Source: Sphyrna mokarran
Taxonomy: Eukaryota
NCBI GenBank assembly: GCA_024679065.1
Contig: JAGIQG010000010.1
Coordinates: 58,094,001-58,158,000, forward strand
Length of the DNA: 64,000 nucleotides
Direction: 5' to 3'
A program made the position numbers and the translations under genes. Below the pieces are notes generated by a model. It was not told the DNA's origin. It saw nothing but the letters and a program-made list of their open reading frames with translations, and made no database searches. Positions 50,651 through 62,260 of this stretch are shown piece after piece (the stretch's first letter is position 1; the number at the start of each line of letters is the position of its first letter).

Positions 50651-50694
50651 TAATCTTTGGTAATGGAAAGGATGAGTTGGCATATAGAGATAAT

Positions 50695-50925
50695 AGCCGT
50701 AGTTTTCCAGGCCTTCCCATTGATAGAATATTCTGGGCCTGCTGAAGGTGCTTCCTCCCCACCCCCACTATTCTGGATTCCCTGATGTCACAACCAGTGA
50801 GCATTTGGTCATTGACTTCAGTGGGTTCAGAAGATCTACTGGCAGCCGATGGCCAGCTGCCTCCACTGACTGAAAATCCACGTCAGGGGCTGGGAATCTG
50901 GCCCATGTTTTACTTTCAGAGGTTC
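50695..50925. mobile_element. Harbinger-type MITE
   Basis: gccgtagttttccagg...ctgggaatctggccc; similar to 28363-28570. Confidence 0.55.
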
Positions 50926-51599
50926 AGAAAGAAGAAGGGAGTTAAGAGGAATCAATTTAGTCTGAATGAATGGGGTAGTTTGAAATCCAAGTAGAGTATG
51001 AATAGTTGCTCCAACACGTATTGTGTCTGAAGTCAGTTCAGATCTGAGCCAGAGTCAGACAGACATGCCTGATGAAGTGGAAAATTTAATTGAAGGTCAA
51101 GAGAAGAATCTGTCGTTTTAGGAAAAAAACTTCTCCTCAAAGCCAGGCCAAGGAAGATCAATGCCTTTCTCCAACTCTTGAAAGTTTGGGTCAAGAAATG
51201 GGGTATCTCAACAATAGAAAACCAATTGGATTTGTAAATAAGTGAAAATCAAAGAAATATATGTTGCATTGAATTTGAACACTGTAACTTTTTCATTGAA
51301 GAGGAATGAGTGTGAAGAGTGGCTCATTTATGTATATACGCATATGAAGCAGAACCAGTTCAGTTTGCTACTTAAACTCTATTTAAAAAGCAATCTCTTT
51401 TTGACCTGCAGGGTATCATTGTCGGTATTCACTCAGTCAAATCTAGAGGTTGTCAGCTCTTTAAAAATACAAGAGTTGGAATATTTGATACTTACTTGCA
51501 AAATAAAGTATTTGCGGGCCAACGGGGAAGAACTGGGGAGTGAAACTAAATAGACAGTTCTTTCAAAGAGCCAGCACAAATAAAATTATTTGACATGGT

Positions 51600-51760
51600 A
51601 GGCAGGATTTTGTGGTGGAGATAGGACCAGGCAATGGTGGACTATCAAAAGGTTTTCCCATGGTTCATACCCTCTCCCACTGGGGAACCCATGATGAGGG
51701 TTGTCAGCGGAGAAAACGGAACATCCTGCTGGCAGGAAAGGCCAGAAAATTTTCGTCAGT
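51600..51760 (-). mobile_element. MITE, same family as 52891-53035
   Basis: Reverse complement shares aaattttctgg, ttccccagtgg.agagggtatgaac and atctccac with 52891-53035. Confidence 0.7.
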
Positions 51761-52890
51761 GTGAGTGCTGGGGAGAGGGTGATGGGGAGGCAGATTTCAA
51801 CAATTTCCAGAATTGAGACAGCATATCGATGGAAGAATATCAAGGAGAAACTCAAACACTGTTCCACCCCTGATAGCTGCTTGCAAGCATTTTCCACGTT
51901 CGCCAGCAATTCAGGATCAGCACCCTAATAGATTATTGCAGCTTCTCCTTTCAAGCACCAGAATTTTGAAGTCAATTGTAATGTTCCAAGCTCAGAATGA
52001 CTAAATGAATATAGACTGAGAATGAAACCGCAGGCATTCTTGAGCTACAGGATCCACTATTACACGGCATACTGTATGTATCCACTGGAGTCCAAAAAAA
52101 TTCTATAATCTTTCCGAAAATCTCAGAAAAATGCACATATTGATGTGTTTCTTTATGCTGCATGGCAATGTCCTCATCACACCCCAGGGGTTATCATTTG
52201 CTGAAATCAACTGCATAGCAATGCTTATGGAACTGAATTTATGTTGCTGTCTTTTCTTTCCATCCTCTCCTGACAAAATATATATTGCGTAGTGAACGGG
52301 TAGAGATGGAAGGAATTTTTCTCAGGTCAAAATTAATTTCATATGAGGAACTGCAAAATGATCAGAAATATGGATATCTTAATTTTTGAGACAGATTACT
52401 GAACAAGCATTCCAATCTTGAGTATGAATTAAACTCGAGCCCTCAAGCGCACAAATTATGTAGACAACACACTGTGATATCTGCCTTGTTTAGTGAACTA
52501 AAACACCAGTCAAACACAAGGTCCCATTAAAATTGTCTTTGTAAATACACTGCAGATCCTAATTTCAAAATGTGCTTCCAATTAAGGTGAGTGCAATCAC
52601 GTGAGTGAACTCAGGCAACGCTTATTTTAATCACTTTAAATGGTTACCTTAGTGTTATCCCTTTTCAAAATTTTCTGTTGTGACAAAGAAATTAGATGTT
52701 TTATCTAATGTTTTCAGATGTTTTCAGAATGATGTATTGGAGAAAGCACTGAAACAGTCAGTGGTCAGTTCAATTTCAGATTTAATGGAACATAGTGTGT
52801 ATTATTTCTGCACTATAGCCACCGAAATGCTGTCCCAATTCTGACAATTGTTGAAGCCTGCCTCCCACCAACCCCTCCTCAGCACTCACA

Positions 52891-53035
52891 TTGGCTGAAA
52901 TTTTCTGGTCATTCCAGCCAGCGGGATCTTCCGGTCCCTCTACAGGCAATGGCAATGGATTCCCCAGTGGCAGAGGGTATGAACAACAAAAAAGCCCTTT
53001 GACAGGACCATCTCCACTGCCAAAAAACTTGCCTT
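52891..53035 (+). mobile_element. MITE, same family as 51600-51760
   Basis: Shares aaattttctgg, ttccccagtgg.agagggtatgaac and atctccac with the reverse complement of 51600-51760. Confidence 0.7.
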
Positions 53036-53054
53036 TCAGTGGTACCTATAATGA

Positions 53055-53200
53055 AGTTGGTGTCATCTGGAGTCTATAATACTGAGTTATCTAGAATCTA
53101 TATGCTAGGCTGATATCGACTAAAGTCAATTACATTAGGCTGATATCATCTAGAATATATAAAGCCAGGTTGGTGTCATCTAGAGTCTGTAACATTGGGG
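53055..53200 (+). repeat. Degenerate ~30-bp tandem repeat
   Basis: Recurring (g)gytgrtrtcatctagartctat units. Confidence 0.6.
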
Positions 53201-53625
53201 AGGTGTTGACTCATCTGTGATGTTCAATCAAACCTTGAATTGCAGATCCAATTGCAAACCTACGTATGAAGGAACTGTTGGGGGAGTAGGTGAAGACACT
53301 GGCTTAGCAATATGCTCACTTGTCCTGTAGGGACCTGGCTCTGTTCCTTCAAATGTTAAGATTGCTTCATGACAGAGACTTCACCCTGTGAATCTGTCCA
53401 GGGTTAATATTTTTCCTACACAGTGGTGTCCAATTTACAGGATTTGAGATTGGTTTTTACAATATCTTTGCATCTAAGTTTAGGATGCCCTGTGGTGTGG
53501 GTACCCAAGCCCAACAGTCAATAGACATCAATCTTTCTTATACAGGAATGTTCCCCCATCTGAACCACATGATTACCCCAGCAAAACTGATTAGGCTTGT
53601 TCGTGAAACCAGGTATGTAGCACGT

Positions 53626-55263
53626 TGTAAAACATTCAGTGTTCGAGATTTTATTCTGCTACTTGACGTTGTGGATAGATGTTAAGTATGTGATGAATAC
53701 CTAGTTCATGTTAATAATTTAGAAGTAATGTTTAGTTTTTGGAAGATTAAAGTTTAATCGTCAAAAATAGGATAATTGCAACTAAAACAACTTGGAATCT
53801 ATTGCACTTAAAAGTTTTGGGCCACTTTGACTTTAGAGGTTAGTGGCTAGCTTGCTTAGCTGGAGACATGAAATTGACATTGCTTGCAAAGAAGGACAGT
53901 TCAGAGAAATGTGTTATTTAAAGAGCTGGAGTTAAATTTGTTTGAAAGCATTAATTGAAACCTGCAAAGCTATATTGTCATGGAGATAGGTAAAGCTCAA
54001 AAAAGTTCTCTAGTTTTGAATTTATCTGTATTATTTTTTTCTGGGAGAGTTGATTGGTTGCAATTTGGACTTAATCTGGTGTGCAACTCAGAGAAACCTG
54101 GGAACTGCGAGCAGGCTCCATGTCATTAAAGTTAAGTTTAAATCTATTTATTAATGTCATGAATAAGGCTGACATTAACACTGCAATTAATTTACTATAA
54201 AGTTCCCCTAGTCGCCACATCTGGCACCTGCTAGGGTCAATGCACCTATTCCGCACATCTTTGGACTGTGGGAGGAAACTGTAGCATCTGAAGGAAATCT
54301 ACAGAGACACAGGGAGAATGTGCAAACTCCACACAAATAATGACCCAAGCTGGGAATCGATTTTAGGTCCCTGGTGCTATGGGGCAGTAGTGCTAACCAC
54401 TGTGCCACCCTATTAGGACTCAGTAGAAGTCACAGGCTGCTGAGATGCTGGCAAAAAGTCACTGGTTTGTGCTGAAGAGGGTTAGGGCGCAGAAGAAGCC
54501 CTGGAGGAATTTGTAGCTTAGTACAGCTCGGAGCCTGGAATTTGGAGAAACCCGGGACGGTAACTGCTTAGTGAAACTAGTGGTCTGTGAAAGAACTGGA
54601 ATTGTACCAATAATTAGAGGCAAGAGTGCAGCTTTATGAATCCATGCAATGCAGTCTCAAGAGGAAGAAATTAACTATTGGGAAGTGAGCAGTCAATGAG
54701 GTAGCCTGAGTCAGTGTGGGTTTTGAGGGAATTTGGATCCTCAAGCTTTGAAAATGAAGAGTGAAAATCCTTCATAAAGGAGATAATGTTTTAATGAGAT
54801 TTTGTGACTCGTGGTTGATAGTGACATCTTTAGGTGGGTTGCTGAGAAACCCGTGGAATCGACCTTGCACGCATCTGCCATTTAATGTGAACATTTATAT
54901 GAATGTGTGTTCAACTACAATTTGTCTATAATTAATGGGTAGGGTTTTACAACCCTGCCCAATGCCCAGATTGCCCAATCTCACTATAAATCGATTAACT
55001 TTTAGCTGACCTGATACATCTCCTGCAGCAAACCCAAATCACAATAGTGTCGGAAAACTCTGGCCCTTAGTTACCAGCCCATATATATTTGAATGTTATG
55101 GGTACCAGATAAATAGTGTGAATTGTTTTACTTTACTGACTTTGTAAAGTTTCTTCTGTTTATTTAAAACTGTAGAATCTTGTGGCTTTATTCCCTTAGT
55201 CGATGATTTCGAGTTTGTTATACCTTCAGCAAGAAGTTACTGGTGCCAAACTGGATGATAACA
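53626..55263 (+). mobile_element. Probable solo LTR with nested SINE and MITE
   Basis: tgtaa...ataaca termini; 3' end aagttactggt...ggatgataaca; no TSD found. Confidence 0.4.
54130..54410 (-). mobile_element. V-SINE with Rex-like tail
   Basis: tttattaatgtcatgaataaggctgacattaacactgcaat...ccctagtcgccaca...gtgctaaccactgtgccacc. Confidence 0.88.
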
Positions 55264-55289
55264 AGTAGCAACAGTGGAATGCATCTAAT

Positions 55290-55560
55290 TGCTTTATATG
55301 AAGTCTGTAGTTTGTCCATGGCTGTTAGCCATTGAGATGAGATGTGAGAAATGCTGCCTGGTTGACTTTAATCTTTGTTTAGAGACAAATTCCATGCTTC
55401 CAGAGCCAGTGAATGAGTCTGCCAAATGCTGAGTTTGCTTTTTTAGCCTGGCAATGGGTAATTTCATCATCCAACTTGGTGTTGTTAGAGAGCATATCCC
55501 AAGGAGGCAGACTGTCTGATCTGAGCTAAGAGGTGTATCGTTGATTTTGTACAATGCAAT
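55290..55560 (-). mobile_element. RTE-clade LINE relic (C-terminal to RT)
   Basis: Frameshifted INDTPL...YLG...EI..R..KA..AFGRL...TKIKV pattern. Confidence 0.6.
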
Positions 55561-57554
55561 GAATTTATGAAAATATAAATATTCTCAACTTACTTCAGTC
55601 CAGTCTGCAAACTGATTTTGCTGTTGCCCTTGTCTCCAATGTTTACCAAATTAATTCTGAAGGCTTTCTACCTTAAAAATGAAAGGATAGCTGTTGGAGA
55701 TTTTGTTTCAGTAGTCATGTTACAGTCAATTTCACCAGGGCCTTGTGTTTCTCTTATTTATTTGAGGGGTCTCTCTTGTACCCCATTTGATTTGGCAGTC
55801 ACTGAAAGAAAAGGAAGTAAGGCATAGTGTTATTATGCCCTGTCTATTTTCCTCTAATTCCCAGAATTCCATCTTATGTCCTGTCCCAACTCTTCACATG
55901 CAATTATGCCCCTGTGTTGCAGACATTGAATAACATTGCTTTTCTTGTTGTCACTTACTGATATCCACCTACTGCAAATTCTCGTCATAGTCTGGAATTT
56001 AGCCACATTTTTCTTCTTTGCAGGCTAATGTCAAGAATATAGTCCAAAGTTCCATTGGAAATATTCCTAGTTATTGTCACAGAGTCATACGCTGGAATTC
56101 TATTGCCATGCTTTCGGAGCAGGTGAGAGACAGGCAATGAAATGTCTGTTGACCTTGGGCAGGAATTTCCAATCTTGCTCAAGGGAGACTGTAAAATCCT
56201 GCCCACTGAGTCACACAGCACAGAAAGAGGCTTCAGATAATTTTGTTATTTAGCTTCAGATATCAGCATATCCAACTCAGTGGACTACTGGGCTGAATTC
56301 ATGTGTCAGTCTCTAGTGAAATAAAGTGAGGAACTTAAGCACTCATTTCTCATACACCCTCAATCCCTCATGCTTTAAATTGCTCATGTGCACTTTTTAA
56401 ATGTGCAAATACTGTCCAGTAATATCAGATTGGGCCCAATCTGTCAATTTAACCTGACATCTGAGTGGTAACTTCCCTGCTGGTTTAAAAACATGGCCAA
56501 AAGATGCCAAAACAAACATTTCATGTTTTTAAGGTTCATAAAAAAACCCTTCTTATCCCTCTGCCCTAATTTTCCTCACCCAAGCCACCATACTCACTCT
56601 GTATTAACAAATCTGGTTCCCAATTTGATTTGAAATGGGAAAAAGGCGTTGAAATCTTAAAAACTTCTCTTGCACTTGTCTTCCCCATTCTTAACTGTAC
56701 ATTTGAACTCTAATAGGTGGATGAATCTGACATCTAATAACCTTTGATTGAAAAAGGAGAGTCCAGTTTTAAATACTCACAAGGAAGATGGTGGATAATT
56801 ATTTATGTTCTAGGTTCCTGTAACAAATTTTCAAGAGAGTATGACATGCACATTTGGAGAGTGGCTACATCCTGCATTTTTACTCTGGAAATGCATGCCA
56901 AAATCCATTGTCATCTGATAGTGTTGGTTGTGGCCAAATCCCAGTTGCATCCCTGTGTCTGTGTCAGTTTCTAGGCTTCTTATTGTGGAGTAATTGTATA
57001 CAAATATTGACTTCAACTGAGGTCTGCAGCAGTTAATTTGAACTGAGAACTGAAAATGTAGCCAAAAATGTACTGAATGCCTAAACCAAATGGCAAAGCA
57101 TTGTTGCACCCCCAAGGTCACATCTGTAACCTGAGGGGGAATCTTATCAGCCAAATACTGCAGTCAATATTTGATGTTTGATTACATCCTCCGAGCAAGC
57201 AGAATGTTTGGAGAAAAAGGTAGAAATCCCTTTCACTGTTTTCCTAAGGCTTTAGTGGCTAATCATTTGTATTCTATTGCTGTGGACATCAATTACTGAA
57301 GACAGTTAATCACTAATCTCAAATCAATGGCAATTGTGAAGATGACTCTTTTGGTTGAAGAGTATAACAATCCAACATGTCTACTTGTTGTTGATGTGTG
57401 TAACCTCAGTATGAACTCTAGCATCGGTATTTTACAATAGGTCAATTAAGCAAAACAGTTGGCTAAGTTTATGTATGAAAAATAAATTGATATATTTTCT
57501 GAAATATTAATCTTTTCTACATCCTCCCTTCAAATCCACACCTCGAGAAAAAGC

Positions 57555-58275
57555 CTGACTGGGATTCTCCCATCAGGGGATTAAGTCCCGTGGCAGGAGA
57601 CGGAACAAGAGTGTTTCCCGTTGTGGAGGCCAGCAAGAGAACATGCCAAATCTTCTGGTTCTGACTTCATCAATATGGAAATGGATGTTTTACACCATAT
57701 TCCATGGTGGGGCAGGTCTGAAGACATATAGTTCACAGTCATATCTAGGCGCAATATTGAAAAGGTACCCAAAATTATTGAAGAAAGAAGATGGACTTCA
57801 TCAAAACAAAGATAGATTTTCAGGAACATTCTAAGGCTAGAAGATGGAATTCTTCAATGGCACTGAATCTGGAAGATCCAACTATAAATGCTTCCTCCAC
57901 CTCCTGCTGCATTGCTTTGGGATCCCGAGTTGTCATCAGTCCCATTCCAAACTTTGGAAGCAGTCCCAGGTATGATTCAAGTGAGTCCTGACATCTGCAT
58001 GCCATATTGTTCAAACGTGGTTCATGTCGGCATGTTTCCCTGTTGCCACTGTGGAGAATTGGGCTTGGGTGATCAGTCCTTCATCTGCATCCCATTAGCT
58101 GTATGCAAATGAAATACACAGCAGCCCCAGTGGGTTTCCCAAGCTGCCTTGGAAGACACTAATAGAAGATCCAAGTGGAAAATCACAACAGCGCAAAACT
58201 GATTTTTGAGGTCAAACTCTCTCCGGACTCCCATCATTGAATCTACTAGTGAGGACTTGAGAGAATCCCATCGCT
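57555..58275. mobile_element. Harbinger-type non-autonomous element
   Basis: Inverted termini tgggattctc ... gagaatccca. Confidence 0.6.
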
Positions 58276-59117
58276 GGGATTATAAATCTAAACATTATTT
58301 ACTACCTAACTGCTGTGCACTGGAATATCAAGATAACGTTTTAGAAGTATTTGCACATTTTCTTGAGATAAAAGTTTGATAAAAGTGTTATAAAGATATG
58401 AATAACCATTTTATTTATACTGTTTTGCATTTTTATAATTTCCTGGAGGGAGGAATGCAGTTGAATTTTGGAAGGGAACTTCATCTGATATCTTGCTCCA
58501 CAATTAGTGTATTGTTTGTGCATCAACATTTTACACCAACATTACAAATTCCGCTGACCATTTCACTGCACTTGTTCTGAGCAGAATTTTATTGTCCTCC
58601 AAATCAGTTTAGCCTTTGATGCGTTGCATGATGCACATGGAAACTCGTGTGTTGGCACCATGAAAATTTACAAGGCAGCCTCTTCCAAATGATGCTTTGG
58701 AAGCAAACCTCTTTTGCCCATTCACGGTTTTCAGTATTGATGTGTGACAAGGCATGAGATCAGCTAATTTCCACATTAGTCAGAATTTCTGCAACAAAAT
58801 TGCCATGTAACACAGGACAATTATAGAAGGATTGGGGCACAACTGGAAACAAGAGCAACTTTTAAAGCACACTATTGAGTGTAGAAAGCAGCAGCTCAGT
58901 ATTGAAATATCCAATCCCTTCATTTCTTAGTTCACAAAAATGCTGCACTTAATCCAACTCTCCACTCCTCCAACCATTTTAGTTTATACTGCCAGTCTTC
59001 ATCCTGACACCTCTAAGTTTCAGGATTGTACTGTTGTATTCTTCAAACTAATTAAACTCTCATCCATCTACTGCTGCTTCCTCTAATTAAAATCTCTCCT
59101 TACCTACTGCTTATCTT

Positions 59118-59365
59118 ATAAACTAAAAAGAAACTGAAGGTGCTGAAAATCTCAAACCCAGGAAATGTTCGCGAAGTAGCAGATTAGGCAGCAGCTGTAG
59201 AGAGAATCACTGACTTGTCTTTCCAGGATATGGAGATGTTGGCGTTGGACTGAGGTAAAAATAAAGAAATCTCACAACATCAGCTTAAAGTCCAACAGGT
59301 TTATTTGTAGCACAGGCCACAAGCTTTCGGAACCGGCTGTCCCTTCATCAGAGATGGGAGTTCTG
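59118..59365 (-). mobile_element. Penelope-like terminal-repeat remnants (two abutting families)
   Basis: 59118-59215 resembles the 10668 element; 59229-59365 resembles 21777; hammerhead core on the minus strand. Confidence 0.7.
59317..59355 (-). ncRNA. Minimal type-I hammerhead ribozyme-like motif
   Basis: Minus strand CUGAUGA-A-GGGAC-agccg-GUUCC-GAAA-GCUU; stem I imperfect. Confidence 0.5.
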
Positions 59366-59832
59366 GAAATACTTCTTTTTGTCTCGCCAGGTACAGATCT
59401 TTCTTCAAAACTGAAGGACATGCTAGAAGAACTGTACCCACTTCCTTTCATTGTTATTTATATAATTCCTTATTATTACAATCCATTTTCACAGTTGTCA
59501 CTTGTGTCATCCATTAACTATCTCATATCAAATTGAGTCCATTAGAGAAGCTCTCTCCATATCCTGAGCATTGCTTCTAACATTTATGGCAAATTCCCTG
59601 TAAGAAATAGAAATTTAAACCCACATTGTCAGACAAAGCAAACAGCTAGTCCTTAATGTTGTTGTTTATCCAATTGTTTTATTAATCTGTTTTCTTACCC
59701 CTTTCATATGTCTGCTGTAATTATTAAGTTCCCACAGGCATTTCCTACAGCATGTCTGCCTAACTGCTGGAACAGATTGCTTTTTTTGTGTTACTTTCTG
59801 TAAATGTAAATTATTCCATTCCACTAGCATTT

Positions 59833-60340
59833 TGGGCAGCATGGTGGCACAATGGTTGGCACTGCTGCCTCAAAGCACCAGGGACCTGGATTTGATTCCA
59901 GGCTTGGGTCCTGTCTGTGTGGAGTTTGCACGCGTTCTCCTTGTGTCTGCGTGTGTCCCCTCCAGATGCTCCAGTTTCCTCCCACAATCCAAAAGATGTG
60001 CTGGTTAGGTGAATTGGCTATGCTACATTCTCCCTCAGTGTATCTGAACAGGCATCGGAATCTCAAAGGGCTGAGTGATTTACTCCTGTTCCTAGTCTGC
60101 ATATTTATAAAACTGGCACAAAAAAAACATGCAATTTTAAATGCAATTTGCAGTTAATGCAAATTGAGTTTACATAATCTTTTGCATCAGTTTTTAAAAC
60201 GTCATATGACACGCTGGCCCCATCCACAATACTGGCCAGGCCCTCGGGGTCAATTAATTACCATTGGGGGATTTTCACAGTAACTTCATTGCAGTGTTCA
60301 CGTAAGCCTATTTGTGACACTATAGATAAACTTTAAACTT
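59833..60340 (+). mobile_element. V-SINE with Rex-like tail, interrupted by a 211-bp insertion
   Basis: Head and V-domain 59833-60061; tail resumes ggggattttcacagtaac near 60267. Confidence 0.9.
60062..60272 (-). repeat. 211-bp inverted copy of 60840-61051
   Basis: Manual alignment: about 5 substitutions plus one homopolymer indel. Confidence 0.95.
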
Positions 60341-60839
60341 CGCCCTTTCCATAATTTAATTCCACCGTGAAGAGAAAAAAGTCCACTTCTTGCTTTTGAT
60401 ATGATTTCAACTGTTGTCTTTTTTTGATTTTTTAATCACATGCAGGCCACCTCTTACTCAGGATCAAATGTAACCCATGTGAGGAACAAATTCAAACAAT
60501 ATGTGGGAAAGAGTTTCAGCTTTGAGCACAATTGGCAAATCTGGCAAAAATTGTGCCTGAAGTTGTGCAAGGTTTAAAAAATGTAATCCTATCGCTCGAG
60601 TTTCTGCTGATATCCATTTTATTGTCAAATGCCAAATCTGCCGGAGCAATGTTGTTGGGCAGTGTTTTAAAGCAGATTTTTAAAATATATCATCAATTTA
60701 CCATATATTGAAGAGTGGTAACTTGAAGTTTAATTGAAACGGCCAAAAATAGATCTATCACTAAAATAAACATTTTAATCAGTCTCAATCCAGCATCTCT
60801 GATTAACCCAATTAAAAATTACTTGCAAGATATGTATGT

Positions 60840-61051
60840 ATCCCCCAATGGTAATTAATTGACCCTGAGGGCCTGGCCAGTATTGTGGATGGGGCCAGCA
60901 TCTCATATGACATTTTAAAAACTGATGCAAAAGATTATGTAAACTCAATTTGCATTAACTGCAAATTGCATTTAAAATTGCATGTTTTTTTTTGTGCCAG
61001 TTTTATGAATATGCAGACTAGGAACAGGAGTAAATCACTCAGCCCTTTGAG
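60840..61051 (+). repeat. Donor of the 211-bp inverted duplication
   Basis: Spans unique DNA plus the 3' tip of the CR1 that continues past 61051. Confidence 0.9.
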
Positions 61052-62260
61052 TTGCTCCAGCATTGAGTAAGATCAGGGTTGCTCTTATTGTAACCTCAAT
61101 TCCACATTTCCAATGCCTGATAATCTTCCATCCCCTTACATATAAATAACCTATCTAGTTCTGCCTTAAAAATATTTAAAAACTGTGCTTGCACTGCCTT
61201 AAAAATATTCAAAGATTCTGCTTCCACTGTCTTTTGAGGACTAGAATTCCAAAGACTCACAGCCGTCTGGGAGAAAAAAATTCCCCTCAAACCTGTCCCT
61301 TGTGTTTAAACCTCCTAGATCCCACTACGTTACAGAGCTCTGCAATTTTTCAACATTGTCTTTCTTCAGGGTGGCATGGTGGCACAGTGGTTAGCACTGC
61401 TACCTCACACCAACAGGGACCCAGGTTCAATTCCAGTCGCAGGTCACTGCTGCAGAGAGTTTGCACTTTCTCCCCTTGCCTGTGTGGGTTTCCTCAGGGT
61501 GCTTCGGTTTCCTTCCACACTCCAAAGATGTGTGGGTTAGATTGATTGGCCATGTTAAATTGACCCTAGTGATAGGGTAAATGTGTGGAGTTATGGGAAT
61601 AGAGCCTGGGTGGGATTGTAATTAGTACAGACCCAATGGGCCTCCTTCTGTATTGTAGGGATTCTATGATTGAGTTAATATGCTTTCTTAAATTTTCTTG
61701 CCACATTTTCCCACATTATATTCCATTTATCAGATCTTTGCCCGCTCACTTAACCTATCTATATCCATTTGTAGCCTTTTTGTGTACTCTTCGCATCTGA
61801 TTTTCCTTCCTATCTTTGTGTTATCAGCATATTTAGCAAACGTACCTTCGGTCCTTTTATCCAAGTCATTTATTTAAATTGCAATAAGTTGAATCCTCAT
61901 CTCTGATGACTGTGGCACACCACTAACTACCTTTATGCCTATTCTCTGTTTCTTGTTAGCTAGCTAATCCTCTTTCCATAGCAATATTTTATTTCCTACA
62001 TCATGAGCTTTTACTTTCCACAATAATAATGTGGCACCTCTGGTGGAAATCTGAATAAAATAATACATCCAAAGGTTTTCCTTTTTTCACATGTGACTTC
62101 TTTGGAGAACTCCATTAAATTGATTAAGCATGATTTTCCTTTCACGAAACCTTTTGACTTTGATTACACCGAATTATTTTTGAGTGCCCTATTTTTATGG
62201 CTTTTATAAAGCTACTAAATGTTCCCTTGTGAAAGGATTTTAAGCAAAGCAAAGCAGGAG
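61016..62260 (-). mobile_element. CR1 LINE relic split by a SINE
   Basis: ctaggaacaggagt...cagccctttgag tail; tttgtgttatcagcatatttagc reads AKYADNTK on the minus strand. Confidence 0.85.
61368..61670 (+). mobile_element. HE1-like SINE with CR1-type tail
   Basis: ggtggcacagtggttagcactgct...ggttcaattcc...gcctccttctgtattgtagggattctatgatt. Confidence 0.92.

Noticed and set aside
50370-50804. 144-aa ORF and similar SINE-spanning ORFs (36549, 49263, 59852, 61189)
   Set aside because: They translate SINE/MITE sequence.
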